The notes beneath the pieces are model-generated. The model saw only the letters and a program-made list of their open reading frames with translations. It did no database searches and had not been told where the DNA came from. The translations under genes were made by a program, and so were the position numbers. From contig NC_092673.1 in assembly GCF_964355755.1 (NCBI RefSeq), positions 14,542,948 to 14,606,947 of the forward strand: a DNA stretch of 64,000 nt, in the 5' to 3' direction. Shown here piece by piece: positions 38,251 to 52,345 of the stretch. Source of the DNA: Antedon mediterranea. Taxonomy: Eukaryota > Animalia > Echinodermata. Positions within the stretch are counted from its first letter, which is position 1; each line of letters starts with the position of its first letter.

Positions 38251-38909
38251 TGATAATTGCAAACCGAGAACTTAGGAAAGTTAATTTTCTGAAACAACTC
38301 CATCCATCCATCATAATAGGGCAGTTAGGTCTAGGCTGGGAGAGAGAGATATCTATTCATGATGCCGACAAGAAGATTTAACCCATCATTGCAAAATAAA
38401 CATTGACAGATCATATGCAAGACTTTAAAAAGAGCGAGTGTTCAGAGTTAGGTAGGAGCCTATAATTTTGGCTATATAGCATCCTCAATTTAATAATTTC
38501 ACTAGAGATTGATTGATATCAACTTGGCTTGAGCCATGGCATTAGTTGACCAAAGTGTTTTTACTTTCAATGCCACTGCTTGGATATTTGCTCTCATCGT
38601 AATGAATTTCTTCACCATCGAGGGAAGTCAGGAGCTCTCGGATTAGGTTGGCAGTCTTGCGAGTCTGTCACAGTCAAAAGTGACAGATATTTAAAGTTAA
38701 ACGCAAAGGGTAATTTGCATAGAACTAGTCAGGTGTATTACTGTATAAAAGAATTGCGGAGGAATGTAGTAATTACACCTCACATCAACCTTGTAGAGAA
38801 GGGAGGTGTCGCACCTCAGCAATAATACAGATTGACCATTGTAAGTAAGATACTCATTTATTGTAAGATTATATACTTGTAATATACCATATACTTGTAA
38901 TAACGTTAA

Positions 38910-41900
38910 GGTGTCATCTACAAATTATTTCAGACCACAGAGACGCGTCTGAAAACTTGCAACCCATCAGACGCGTCTGTCCAATGCTGAACCTCATTAA
39001 CGATCTATTATGAATATTCATGAGCTACCCAATCGCGGCGAAGACGCGTCTGTGTGATTAAAACCCGTCTTCGTTGTTTAGTAGGTAAAACAATAGAAAA
39101 CGCGTCTGAGTGATTAAAACCCGTCTGTATTGCTTTTATGGTGAAACAACATTGGTATCATTTCACAGAACCAACAAATCTGAGACTGGCGAATCAAACT
39201 GATTTTTTAGTCGAGAATCATAGTTTACTATCGTATTTTTTGCTACACAATTGTAGAAATGTGTAGCAAGAAGGTTGTTTTGTATAGCTTTTTGCTATGC
39301 TACACTGGCGAAATTATTCCCTGGACTAGGCCTAAGTTATCCTAATTTGGACGGAAATTCGTCTCATCGGGCCTCTGGACTTCAGCTCATGCAGAGAGAA
39401 AGAAAGTCTAGGCTAGCCTAGTTTCGGCGGCCTACACTAGGCCTATAAATTATTTAACGCTCCTACCTTGGGTTAGCGAATTATAAAAACAACGACACCT
39501 AGACCTAGGCTAGGATATGAAAAATAAATATATATTCCATATTAAGATTTAACATAGGCCTAGGGCCTAGGCCTTTTAAAATGATTACGACATGTGTAAA
39601 GAAAAAGGCTCGACCAGAATAATAATATTTTTTAATTGTAATCGTTTCCTTCATGCGTGTTTACCTACTCAACGGCGAATATAAATATAAATTTCCCACG
39701 ATGTAAACGTAGAGACACGCGATCCAACACAGGTGAACCTCAACGAACAGGCCAACTAATAAACATATTAGGCGTCATGTCCAAATGTTTCCAAACGTAC
39801 AAACCGCGTCAAACGGTCACCGTTGATAGCTTGATCGTTTAACGCGTGCAACGATCGTAAAAGAGCTAATTAATTTATGCATTTAGTATTGTACCGCCCA
39901 CCGCCCACTGTAATTGTTTAGCCGTTAGACGCGCGTTTAGCGTTAAACGTCGTTTGTTTTAAAATGTCTATGTGTCATCGCCTTTAGAAGCATGGACAAT
40001 ACACACAAACAATGTATTGTTCGCTAATTAAAATCCTATTTAAAGCTGGAAGACGTCAATTTTTGTAGCCGCCCTACGCATCAGTTATCCTAATTTGGCC
40101 GGAAACATCAGCCGACGAGACGACATCGGGCCCGTGGACCTCAGCTCACACAGAGAGAGTTCAGGCTAGCCTAGTTTCGGCGGCCTATACTATAAATTAT
40201 TTAATCCTACCTTGGGTTCAATAACAAATTATAAAAACAACGACACCTAGGCTAGGACACCAACAAAATATATGCAAAATAAATATATATTCCATGTTAA
40301 GATTTTCCAGTCATAGGCCTTTTAAATGATTAAGATATTGTGTAAAGAAAAAGGCCCGACCAGAATTTGGAGTGGGAAAACATGCGAGTGGATCAGAGTC
40401 TGGGAACAGTTTAGATATAAATAGAGGAAATCCAGGTGCACGATCTTAATTACTGTTTTATTGTCGTCAGCACAGCATCCACCACCCTCTAATGGACGGC
40501 CGGCCGTACTGAGTTAAATAATATCATGTTAGAGGTTGAGGTAAAACATCGAGTAGTATCACGTTTCATGCCAAAAAACCCAGGTCTGTATTAATTACGG
40601 TCTTCTCTGTCGGCAATCTTTTTGAGCGACTTGAACGTTTTGATACCATATTTAGAATGAATGTTTTACCATCTTTTTTGTGGGCATCGTTTCTGGATCG
40701 ACGGATGTTCGATATATACGAAGATCGCATCCACAATGGTTTTTTTTTTTTTCAAATTTGCAAAAGTTTTATGTCACAAAAGTGTCTGGTTTTACAGTAT
40801 TATATTATGCTAGTAAATTCTAACTTAGTTAACAAATTAAAAAATACAGAGCGACGACAAAGCTCAAAAGCCTTCACATTCCTTGTTTAATAACTATAAT
40901 AATAATTATTATTAATACAACTAGGCCCTTGTGCAACGGAAAAATAGCCAATGATTTTTATATTTATTTTCAAGAATATTTTACGAGGGTGGTCCATCCA
41001 GCCGAAGCTGATCATTAGGGACCCTCACAAAATTACAATATGACGAGACATTATATAACAATAAAAATTTAATGAAAATAAATCAAATTTATAAAGATAA
41101 ACAAAATAAAATAAAGCACAAAAATAGAATCAAACATTAAATGAATTAAATTAATGATCAGTCATCTTTTCAACGATCTAAATAAGATTACCGACCGGCA
41201 GAATTTGAAGTAAAAACATGTGAGCGCTGTGAACAGGAGGAGAAAGGGGATATCGCGTGACCAACATCTAGGTACTTGTTTACCTTTCTTATGTTATCGG
41301 CCTGCAATCTATGAGCGAGCGAACACCGACGGTCGGCCGAGCATTCACTGCTGCTATTTTTAGAAAACCTTTTTTTTTTATCGATCGGCTACTGTAGACG
41401 TTCGCTAATGCATTTAGAAGTGAGATGTGAATAGTTCACCGGTGGCGTGGCACATCGTGTTGCTTATTATAGGTGCTTAGTTCATCGTATGAACTTCCTA
41501 ATGATATTTTCAGTCGGCTATGTAAAAGAAAGCGACTAAAAAACATTCCAGGCCCCTGTTTATTAATATTAAATTATTTATTGAGGTTACAAACTTATAA
41601 ACATTTTAGAATGATGTTTGAGATCGGCACCCCTGGAATACAATTCAGCTACAAACTCTCTTAATTAAAAGGCAAACTGAAACAGGAATTGTTTGGGCCT
41701 GTTTGTGATGACTCATCGTTAAACGACGTTCACGAAGCGATTCGCAACGACGTTAAACAATTCGTAAAAATCAGTCAAGCATGTTAGTGGGCGGAACTAT
41801 TACAAGCTATGCATATTGTCCATTTTCCAAACGGTCTGACGATTTTAGAATTTTCACGCTAACGCTAAAACAAAAGAAAACGCGATTAACGCGCTTTGTC

Positions 41901-42728
41901 AGTTTGAAAACATTTGGACATGACGCCTTATAGCGAACGTCCAGTCCATCCAGAACGATGCCGAGAACAAAAGATCGTAAACAATTCATTCTAAATATAG
42001 TATCAGAACGTTTTCAGTCGGTAGCTCAAAAAGACTGCCGACGGAAGACCGTAATAAATACAGACCTAGTTTTTTTGGTCACATGGCATGAAACGCGATA
42101 CTCTGGCGGCTGCCGTCTGACGATGATAAAACAGTAATTAAGATCGTGTACCTGGATTTTGTGTCACATGACATGAAACATAATACTCTCTCTCTCTAGC
42201 TCTAAACTGCTCACATGTTTTATCTTAATATTGAATATATATTTATTTTTCATATCCTAGCCTAGGCCTAGGTGTCGTTGTTTTTATAATTCACTAACCC
42301 AAGGTAGGAGCGTTAAATAATTTATAGGCCTAGTGTAGGCCGCCGAAACTAGGCTAGCCTAGACTTTCTTTCTCTCTGCATGAGCTGAGGTCCACAGGCC
42401 CGATGTCGTCTCATCGGCGATGTCCGTCCAAATTAGGATAACCTAGGCCTAGTCTCAGATTTGGTGGTTCTGTGAAATGATACCAATTTTGTTTCACCAT
42501 ACAAGCAATACAGACGGGTTTTAATCACTCAGACGCGTTTTCTATTGTTTTACCTACTAAACAGCGAAGACGGGTTTTAATCACACAGACGCGTCTTCGC
42601 CGTGATTGGGTAGCTCATGAATATTCATAATAGATCGTTAATGAGGTTCAGCATTGGACAGACGCGTCTGATGGGTTGTAAGTTTTCAGACGCGTCTCTG
42701 TGGTCTGAAATAATTTGTAGATGACGCC
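38910..42728. mobile_element. 3.8-kb non-autonomous DNA transposon with very long inverted arms
   Basis: GGTGTCATCTACAAATTATTTCAGACCACAGAGACGCGTCTG at the left end and its near-perfect reverse complement ending at 42728. Arms match over several hundred bp. Flanks are TTAA and TTAT. No ORF. Confidence 0.9.
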
Positions 42729-43159
42729 TTATGTGAAGGTGATATGTGTCATTTTATTATATTTGAATCTTGATAAATTGTAATTCATTTTATACACATG
42801 TTCTGTGCACTGCATTTCTCATCCACTCCGTACATCCTTCATGTTCAATCGTACTCAGGGTATAAATTAAGAGTACCATCAAGGTTACGAAATTTGTAAA
42901 ATAAATAATTATAGGAAATTAAAAGGAGCAATTTGCTTTGCTGCGCCAGCAAGCTACTCAGCATACTCAGATTTACTCCCCCACAGGATAGAAACTAATG
43001 ATAAGCTCATTGAATTGGAGGATGATGATTTCAGAAAGAACACAAGAAATAAAGAAGTATATATAATTATTGATTATGGGTAGTTTGTACATGCACGTTC
43101 AGATTGAACATTATAAACCCACAGGATTTAGTTTTTATAGATAATGGTTTGACCACACA

Positions 43160-43500
43160 AGAGGGCAGCCGAGATTTTATAATTTAGGAAGTTTTTGCTA
43201 TATTATGATGTGGTTGTTTTGAAAGACGTCTTGCCAGATGACTACTTCGCTCATTTTTCAATGATGTCAATTGCAATACTTAGAAGAACCAAGCATTTTG
43301 TTAAACAGGTTTTATTGACTTTTTGCAATTTAAACCTTCACAACAGTGCAAGCATCTTGTAGAATGTGTTCGGTTAGGTGGACCACTGTGAGCCTTCAGC
43401 TATTTTACTTTTAAAAGTAATTGTTGCCAAATGACAATGTTTGTTAGAGGCAAACATGATGTAGGAATGCAGGTAATGAAACACACCCGAAAATGATGAC
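43160..43500 (+). pseudogene. CACTA/EnSpm transposase fragment
   Basis: FRKFLLYYDVVVLKDVLPDDYFAHFSMMSIAI. Confidence 0.6.
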
Positions 43501-44299
43501 AAGGGTGAGAAAAACAAAGATAAAAGACAAGTCTATTCACATTGGGGATTGGGAAAAAAATAAATGAGGTAAGTAAACAGACGATAAAGATGTGCAGCGT
43601 ATTATAAGCACAACACTTGCACAGCGTGCGCCCCTATCTCGCACATTAATCAACTCTTTTTGATTTTATTTTTAAACAAATATTTTGCATGTGACAGCAG
43701 GAAAGAGAAATGAAACACTCGAAAATGATGACAGAGGGTGTGACACTGACAGACACCAAAGATAAAGACAAGTTGATTCAGGACAACATATTGAATACTG
43801 CAACACTATCAACACTTCGAAGACTGCAATTGTTAAACTGATGTTTTAACTCCAGAGGAGTTTAATTGTTTAAATCACTGTTATATAGGCAGGGTTGACC
43901 AGCAAACCAATGAAGAAGTAACATAACATTTCAGAAATAACATAACATTTCAGAAATATATGTGCATGGGTCTTGGTTTGGAGCTTACCACTTTAACAAT
44001 CTTTTTGGTTCCAGCAATTCTATCTATTTTTAATTTCTTCACGATTCCTGACCACGTGATCTGCGCAGCTGTCATTTCCTTTGGTTGTTTTTTCTTTGCA
44101 GAAGTTACTTCCTTAGACAGAGTTCACTGTAAATTACATCAAATGCGAGCAATCCTGGCTGTGTGTGCTATTCGTTTTCCTTGTCGCAGTGGATGTAACT
44201 TTGCTGAGGCAGTAGAATTCTGTTGACCTTGGTCACCATGCATCTTAAGTGATGTATGTCGTTCTCCGCTTCTGGGTCTCTTTCGTTTTTCCACTGAAT

Positions 44300-44460
44300 T
44301 AAATGTTACTTTACAAACATGTAACTTTAATCCTGAAATTCTAATCCTAGATATAGGAACTAATGACCTGTGTTCAGTTAATTTATAAATGTAATTAACA
44401 AACTCACTAAATTCATTAACTGGCATTGAATCTTCTCAAATAGTGATTCTTCTTATACTT
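44300..44460 (+). pseudogene. SGNH/GDSL esterase-like fragment (retroelement accessory ORF-like)
   Basis: NPEILILDIGTNDLCS matches SGNH block III (G.ND). Confidence 0.4.
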
Positions 44461-44954
44461 GACTTGACAGGAAAGGAGGGATGCAGAATGGCCAGATTCC
44501 GTTACAAACATTGAAACTGTTGGAACAGGTTTCATTTAAATCTGACAACATATGTATTTATGAATTTAGAGGAGGAAAGAGGATGGCAATTCATGGGGAA
44601 GGCAGGTTTGGGAATGTACTGAAGAAGCTGCACACAATTATAGGAAATTAAAAAGAGCAATTTGATTTGCTGCCCCAGCAAGCTACTCAGCATACTCAGA
44701 TTTACTCCCCCACAGGATATGATAAGCTCATTGAATTGGAGGGCAAGTTGAAAGACGCTAGTTTGTAGAATAGGTTGAGAAACGTGACACTGACAGACAG
44801 TGCAGCCAGGCTAAAAACCTCATTATCTTTGCTTTGTTCTCCGATTGAGCCTAAAGTGCTAAAAGTGAGCCAAGTTTCAATAAAGTGTTTGGTACCATTG
44901 GAAAGTTTATTTCTATCTCATTATTTGAGTGTATATTGCATGTTATTCTGATTA

Positions 44955-45871
44955 CCGTATATTTCGGTGTATAAGTCGCACTTTTGACACGCAAATTTGA
45001 CCTCTAAATTAAAGATGCGTCTTATACACCGAACATATGCCTCACCACACAGATTGTACATAGTAGGCCTAGCTAGGCCTTAGGCTATCGTCACCTCATT
45101 TGCTAGGTTAGGCCTAGCTACAGTAACTAACTAACGTAACGGCAACCTGCTTCTGCCTAGTTTTCAAGGCATTTTAGCATGATGTTATACTAAATATGAT
45201 GAAAAGATTTGTTCATTATGGCGCTCCGATAAAATTTCATTTGTAAACGTTTACGTACGATTGGAATAGTATTTATTTATACAGTAGTTATACGCACGAT
45301 CGCCGTACCCCCAGCGCAAGCCCTTTCTTGGCGGCCACATGGTGTATTTATAGTTATACGCACGACCGCCGTACCCCTAGCCTAGCGCAAGCTCTTCTTG
45401 GCGGCCACATGGTGTACGGTATTCGATTAGTATATTCTCCAGTTGATTATAGCATGGACCTAGCGTATACACTTCTCGGATACATAGATACTAATCGAAT
45501 ACGATTGTCCGTGAAAACGTGCGCCCTCTCGAAATGATCGAGCGAGGCTAGCCCACACACGTACGTGTTACACACACGGTCATGCACTCGATGTTGCGGC
45601 GAAACTCATGAATAACAAGTTAGAAAGAACTTGTTGAGGCTGGGTGCGGCCGAGCCTAGGTATGAAAAAACCTAAATAAAGGACGCCGTTCCGTTGTAGA
45701 TATAACAAAATATATTATTACAATAATATTGATTACAATTTAAAAAAACATTGTTTTGATGAAAAATAAGGTGCGTCTTATACATGGACGATATAAAAAA
45801 TACCGATATTTTACTCTCAGTTAGGGGGTGCGTCTTATACACAGGTGCGACTTATACACCGAAATATACGG
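44955..45871. mobile_element. Tc1/mariner (pogo-like) MITE
   Basis: Perfect 27-bp TIR CCGTATATTTCGGTGTATAAGTCGCAC, TA on both flanks, subterminal TGCGTCTTATAC repeats. Confidence 0.92.
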
Positions 45872-46168
45872 TACAAACACCTTTGCTATGAAAAACAGGT
45901 AAATTTATCTAAAATGGCTGGCGGTGAGGGGTACTTCCTTTATTGAATGCCTGGCGGTGAAAGTGTTAATTGGAAGAGGACCAGTACAATTACTTGTTTT
46001 TTGTCACATGATTATAAACTATTTATTCTTCTTGTCTTTACTCATACAAAATAATACAACAGTCGCTAATTGGAAGTGTCTTATTCCTATGAGCGTTACA
46101 GTATACTGTTAACTAGAATAATACCATAATACTGTACAAGTATGCTATAAGGCACGGCAGTCACAAAC

Positions 46169-46333
46169 CATTTCTCCTTGTTTTGCCATCTTTATATCTG
46201 CAATAACTTTTTTTTGTAGTTGTTCCATCTTTGACCTCTCTTTATCTAGATCTGTCAAAGCCTTGTTTAACGCCCGTTGATTTTGACGCAACATCTGGTC
46301 TGGTGTTTTGCGTTTACCAAATAGAAAATCCAT
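46169..46333 (-). pseudogene. CHMP2A: Orphan first coding exon of CHMP2A/Vps2 (ESCRT-III)
   Basis: MDFLFGKRKTPDQMLRQNQRALNKALTDLDKERSKMEQLQKKVIADIKMAKQGEM closely resembles the CHMP2A N-terminus and is followed by a GT donor at 46168. No downstream exons recognised. Confidence 0.85.
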
Positions 46334-46349
46334 GATTTTTGTTTAACTA

Positions 46350-47008
46350 CCGTACTGACGCGGGTATAAGCCCATACTCGGGTATAAGCCCACCCCCGAC
46401 TTTTGACTAATTTTCATGAAAAATGAGGCACTCGGGTATAAGCCCACCCATTAATTCGAAGATCTACAGTGTGTGTCGTAATACATTATTTTGCATTTGG
46501 CGACGTCCATACACCGAATATACCTACCTTTGATCATAACCAAGCTAGGCTAATATACGCTAGGCCATATGAGGCCTAGCGATCCTGTTTTGTTTACACT
46601 CCATCGCGGTCAAAGATCGCTTCACACACGACGCTACAAGTTGCCAAAACGGAAAACCACTATTTGGTATCGGCTGCCATAAACAAGCTTATTAAATTTC
46701 TTTGGTACATTTCTATTTAACGAACATTGTATACTTGCTTTTCTGCTTGATAAATTCTTGTTAAATTGATGTTTAAAATAAGATATTCTACGATAAATTA
46801 CACGAACTAATTTTCCGACACTCTACACCTCGTGTATTTAGAGGCAACGTCGTACACGTGAGGGCGCTCGCTCGCATGGTGGAATACACAGTGTACATAT
46901 GCTGTTTTTGACGATCTGCATTTTTGGATCCTCGGGTATAAGCCCACCCCCCAAACTTGACGTGATTTCATGTTCGAGGGGGGTGGGCTTATACCCGCGT
47001 CAGTACGG
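46350..47008. mobile_element. Second Tc1/mariner (pogo-like) MITE
   Basis: 25-bp TIR CCGTACTGACGCGGGTATAAGCCCA, TA flanks, internal CTCGGGTATAAGCCCACC repeats. Confidence 0.92.
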
Positions 47009-47221
47009 TACTTAATATGGCTGGAAAATTAACGAAACAAAAAAGATGGTCGAATCGAGTGTAAGGGGCAGATGATAGATCTACTTTACTTTTGTGCGGA
47101 ATGTTCAACATTCCACCAACTTTTTGGGAGAATTCTCGAACCAAAAAGTCTTTAGTGTTCAAAGTTTGCCTTTTCTTTACCGCTTTCTTTCCGTTTTCGT
47201 TAATTGAATTTATTCCTGAAT

Positions 47222-48194
47222 ATGGCTCAAGCAGGTCCCGCTGTACGGCCATTGCCGGATAGAGCCGAGTTTGAATCCATCAGATATGCCACAATTGCTT
47301 TCCGATTCATGGAAAACATTCCCGCTACTATAGCGTGGTGCAGACGGTATGGTTTGTTACCAGTGACGATGGTTTGTCCTACATGCAATGTTATCTGCCA
47401 AGAAGGGATCGACAACAGATGTAGCGACGGTCGAGTTTTTCGCTGCCCCACCCGGAACTGCAGAAAAACAGTAAGTATTTGAAAGGGAAGTTTTTTTGAG
47501 AAGTCGCACCTCGTCTTGTGGAAGATTATTGCGTTTACTTTTTTGTGGTCTGGTCAACCAACTGTGGACGATCCAGAGGATCTTCATACGAAACGGTAAG
47601 GGGAGAACTTTGAAGAAGATTGGGTCAGATCATACTGTAGTGGACTGGATGCAATTCTGCAGAGACGTTGCTGCAAACTACCTCGTAAACCATCCACAAC
47701 AGCTCGGAGGTCCGGGAATATTGGTTGAGATAGACGAATCTCTTTTTGCAAAAAGGAAAAACCATGCAGGAAGGATTGTACCAGAGCAGTGGATTTTTGG
47801 AGCATATGAACCGGCCACCCATCTTGGTCTACTGGTACCAGTGCCACGAAGAAACGCCGCAACTTTGATTCCGATAATCACGCAGTGGATACGTCCGGGA
47901 TCAATAATTTGGTCAGACATGTGGGCCGCATATGGTCAACTTGCCAATCATGGTTACGTCCATGGGACGGTGAACCATACGAGAAACTTTGTCGATCCTC
48001 AAACGGGAGTTACCACCAATCGGGTGGAATCTATGTGGAAGAGGGCAAAAAGCAAGATGAAGGCTATGCACGGACCAACGAACAGAGCAATGATAGCTGA
48101 TTACCTCGCAGAAATCATGTGGTATCAGCGATTTAGCGATGCGCCTTTTTTTCATTTATGGAATCAGATAGCCACGGAACTCTATCCTCTGTAA
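47222..48194 (+). pseudogene. Merlin (IS1595/ISXO2-like) transposase, disrupted
   Basis: N-terminal CxxC..CxxxxC zinc ribbon, TGA at 47480, KGSFFEKSHL, a frameshift, then VEIDES..RK..GR, WIFG, IWSDMWAAY, HGTVNH..FVDP.TG..TN.VESMW. Confidence 0.92.
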
Positions 48195-49265
48195 CATTAT
48201 CTGCTGACAAAAGCCTGAACTTTAAAAACTTAAAACAATGCTGTTGTTTGTTATTCTTATCTAGTTGTTAGAAAGATTTGAATTTTCAAATAATATAATA
48301 AACAATATGCAACCGTTATAGTTGAGTTATTTATCACGACCATAAAATCATAGCTGTTAATCTCACCATATTCTGACCAAAGACATTCAATTTTTTTAAT
48401 GTTTATATATAAACCATTCTAGTTCAGCTGCGACAAACTTTAATATTTTAACATAATATGTTGTGACGTATGTACGTACGTATATTAGTATTAAAAGTTA
48501 TAGAAAATATCTTTTTGTTTGCGATATTAGTGCATTTTCATGTCATTGAATTACAACTACTGTACTGGGATGTTATCGTCACCAAAGTCTAACTAGATTT
48601 TATAACTCTGCCCTCTATAGTTTGTATAGTTATAAATTTTTGGGCAAATGAAACATTCTGGCAATTAGTTGTTGAACGAAAATGGCGAGCAATTGTCGCG
48701 TTGATGACAGCGAGCCAATTATCGTTGAAATGCGTTGATAATTATATTATTTTTTGGGAAATTTACATCGTAAGTGGTCAAATCGTATAGACTTGTTACA
48801 TAATATTATGTTGTGAGTGTGAAAAAAGAAAATTTTGGTAAGAAATCGAAGATATAAAGGTGTGGTGCGAAACTGCAGTAGCGCCTAATATTAATAGGTA
48901 AGTACCTTTACCTTTTTATTTTTTTTATCATTGCAACTGCAATATTCTATCATACTGCTAGGCCTATTATATTAGTTGTAGGCCTAGGCTAGGCTTAGTA
49001 TTAGTGTACTGTATTATGTAGTGCCTTACATGAACTCGTTTGTTTGGGACAGTAAAAAGAAAAAATGGAAGTAAATGGGTTGTCACATTTGATGTTGACG
49101 CTGAAGAACTTCCATTTGACTCAGATCATTTACTTTATGAATCACCAGATAGTCCATTTCAAGATATTCCTATTAAAGGTAATGTGTGGAAAGAATGAGA
49201 ATGCATTACAGCACTACTTGCCTCGACTAATGATAAATAAACAACTTTTATTTTTTTATTTTACA

Positions 49266-49725
49266 ACTATTCCAAATACTGAAGTCAGTGAATCTATTCC
49301 AAATACTGAAGTCAGTGAATCTATTGCGAATACTGAAGGCAGTGAATCTATTCCGAATACTGAAGTTAGTGATTTTATTGTGAATACTGAAGTCAGTGAA
49401 TCTATTCCGAATACTGAAGTCAGTGAATCTATTGCGAATATTGAAGTCAGTGAATCTATTGCGAATATTGAAGTCAGTGAATCTATTGCGAATATTGAAG
49501 TCAGTGAATCTATTCCGAATACTGAAGTCATTGAATCTATTCTGAATACCGAAGTCAGTGAATCTATTCCGAATACCGAAGTCGGTGAATCTATTCCGAA
49601 TACCGAAGTCGGTGAATCTATTCCGAATACTGAAGTCGGTGAATCTATTCCGAATACTGAAGTCGGTGAATCTATTCCGAATACTGAAGTCAGTTAATCT
49701 ATTCCGAATACCGAATTAGATGAGT
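49266..49725. repeat. 27-bp minisatellite, about 17 copies
   Basis: TCTATTCCGAATACTGAAGTCAGTGAA units (translate as ESIPNTEVS). Confidence 0.95.
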
Positions 49726-50974
49726 CTCTGAATATTGGCGCGAATGAATCTATTTTCAATATTGAAATTAATGCAAGTATTCTTGATTTTATGATAGTCT
49801 AATCTATACCTTACCAATTCTCTAAGTGATTATGTTGAATTTGAACTATTATTTACTTTACTATTATGTTATGTCATGTAAAAAATGTTGCAAATTTAGA
49901 TTTCGTTGCCTTTTTTCATATAGACATATCACTAGTGTCTAGTGTGTAATTAAAACAATATTTAAATCGAGTTATAATAATAATGCACAATAATCGGTAC
50001 CGGTGTCGATCATTATGAGTGTAATTATTAATTAGTTTATCTGTAAAATATTCTTAAATTATATTATTTTGTGTTGTGAAATAATGATTTTGATATAATA
50101 TTGATTGTTCAAAATGATACCCTAAAATACAAATCTGCTGTTGGTTATTTTAAGTGTTTTTGTTGGTGTTATTTATTATTCCAAAATAAAGATATATTTC
50201 AATTATAAAATAAAAGTCACTCGTTATCGTGAATGTGTTTGTATTATCGACATTGTTGATCACGAATGGAGCCTCGGGTATTTGAGCTGCTTAAAAATGA
50301 TTACACACTTCATGGATAAACCCATTTTGGGCGAGTTCCTAAGAGTTTGATGTTTGATGATTTGGTACAGGAAGCAATCAAACTGCTCTCTTTATTTATT
50401 GTTTTATCATTCTACTGTGTATTTATTGTCAGTCCGAGTCCGTATCACGTATTTCTAACTCAGCTGAACGCCATTAGACGACATACGCGCCGAGTATATA
50501 GCCGAATAGGGAAAACTGCGGACCTTTAGGGCTGCTGTCTGAGCTTATGTACAGGATAAAGTTGCTGTCATTGGTGTTTTTGTCATCCCCAATATATACT
50601 GCTGCCATTAAAAAAAGATTCAACCTTGTATTGCTTCACATGAATAAACCCATTTGGGCGTGGCCCTAAAATGTTGCTGTTTGGCGCCACGTACAAGATA
50701 AAGTTGCTGTCATTGGTGATGTAATCATTAGTAGCCCACTGCGAATGATATCCAAAAAAGTTTATCCTTGTATCGCTTCACATAAATAAATGCATTTTTA
50801 CCCCCCTATGTTATGATCCCCACAGGCCCTATGTACAGGCTGTGACCCGGCAGCAATGTCGAATATTGCATCTCGCCCTAATACGCACCTAACTACATCA
50901 TCAAACCTTTTGTATCTTTTCACATGAATAAATCTTCCGGGCGCCCGGTCTAATTGGTCTCAGCATTGGTTTTT

Positions 50975-51072
50975 AGATCAGAGAGGTTTTAGGACGATTA
51001 TGTCGAGGAACCAGTTCATGCTGATGCTACAATGTCTCCACATTTGTAATGATGACGACGCTCTACCACGTG
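50975..51072 (+). pseudogene. piggyBac transposase fragment
   Basis: FRTIMSRNQFMLMLQCLHICNDD matches the MSRNRF..i...LH..dn motif; ends at GTAAG. Confidence 0.6.
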
Positions 51073-51439
51073 GTAAGTTATGACAGTTTGGGGTTTTTAT
51101 TCACTTTTTAGTCTACACCCTAACTAGACCTAGCCTATAAATGTACACTGACAGTACTAGTAGGTATGTATGTGCTTATTTGACAATGATAAATAAAATA
51201 ATATTACACAATATCGATGAAATACTGTATATATACAACTAGGCCAACAGTAAATACATAATAATATAATAGCAGTCCACTACATCACATGGCTACTTAC
51301 TACGGTACCAGTATTGGCCCAAGTTCGAACCGCTGTCTAATCAAACCTAACTATACCTATATACATAACGCAGTAAGATAGTTTCTGTATTAAAAAAAAA
51401 ATGTTGTGTTATTTCTTTCACGTAGAATAAATACGCAAA

Positions 51440-52345
51440 GAAGGATAACATATCAGCAAGTAGTGGGGCTAGAAGAGAGAATGTACGAGTCATTTCGAAA
51501 CCAATCTGATGAACTCCTTTCATACAGCTCCCTGATTAAGTCATTCCCCGTCAATTATATGCACCAAAGTTGTTTAGGTGTTAAATGAGGAAACTTATAC
51601 AAATCTAGATGAGAGGAAAGGGTAACTTGATAAGAGTATGAATGTCTGCCGCTCAAATTAGTAACGTTAGTGATAAGTTGATTGCTTTACGTGGATCTAT
51701 CAGAAACGACTTTCAAAGGAAACCGAGAAGTCTGTTTGAAGTTGACCGATGGAAAGCAACTGAATTCTTCAGACAATTTCTTCTTTACACTGGTAAAATT
51801 GTCCTCAATGGAATACTCTTAGTGTGGCCACTTGCATCCTTGTAAGCCCAAATACGCCAGCCAATTATTAGTTTACTTTGTTGAACAGGGCAGAGTCTTG
51901 TACGGAGAAGAATTTCTAGTATACAATGTACACAGTATGTTACACTTAGCGAAAGTGGCAAAAGAATTTGGAAATCTGGATAACTGTTCCGCATTTCCTT
52001 TTGAGAATTATTTGCCGATCAGGAAAACGACCAATTGTTCAAATAGCTAAGAGGCTCAGTGAAGAAACTGCGAGAACAATTATGAATCAAAGAACCAAAG
52101 AACTGCTATGTTATAAGTGACTTAATTTACTGTGAGGTGCAGGGTAAAACAAACGAAAATGATGACAATAACAAAACACTTTTTCTGTAGTGCACATCTA
52201 TTTTTCACACCTTGTGTTTCCAGTCTCATTAACGTCTACAAAATGGACAATAGGAATACGTGTATAAAAATCTTACCTGGAAGACGGATGAAGACTATTA
52301 AGCCATGAAGTTTTACATTGACTGTGGTAGCGCTGTATTTATGGC
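51440..52345 (+). pseudogene. CACTA/EnSpm transposase, frameshifted
   Basis: [63 protein letters not shown]. Confidence 0.88.

Noticed and set aside
39657-39842. piggyBac-like peptide YKPRQTVTVD inside the long-TIR element
   Set aside because: Too short, lacks the DE motif and has no flanking similarity; likely chance.
47010-48890. TIR pair and 8-9-bp TSD for the Merlin element
   Set aside because: A possible right end (AACTGCAGTAGCGCC, ~48871-48885) has no matching left end that I could find.
49065-49697. 210-aa protein-coding gene
   Set aside because: The ORF is open mainly because of the 27-bp minisatellite and has no recognisable domain. The same applies to ORFs at 23364-23646, 31348-31581, 34700-34993 and 54044-54589.
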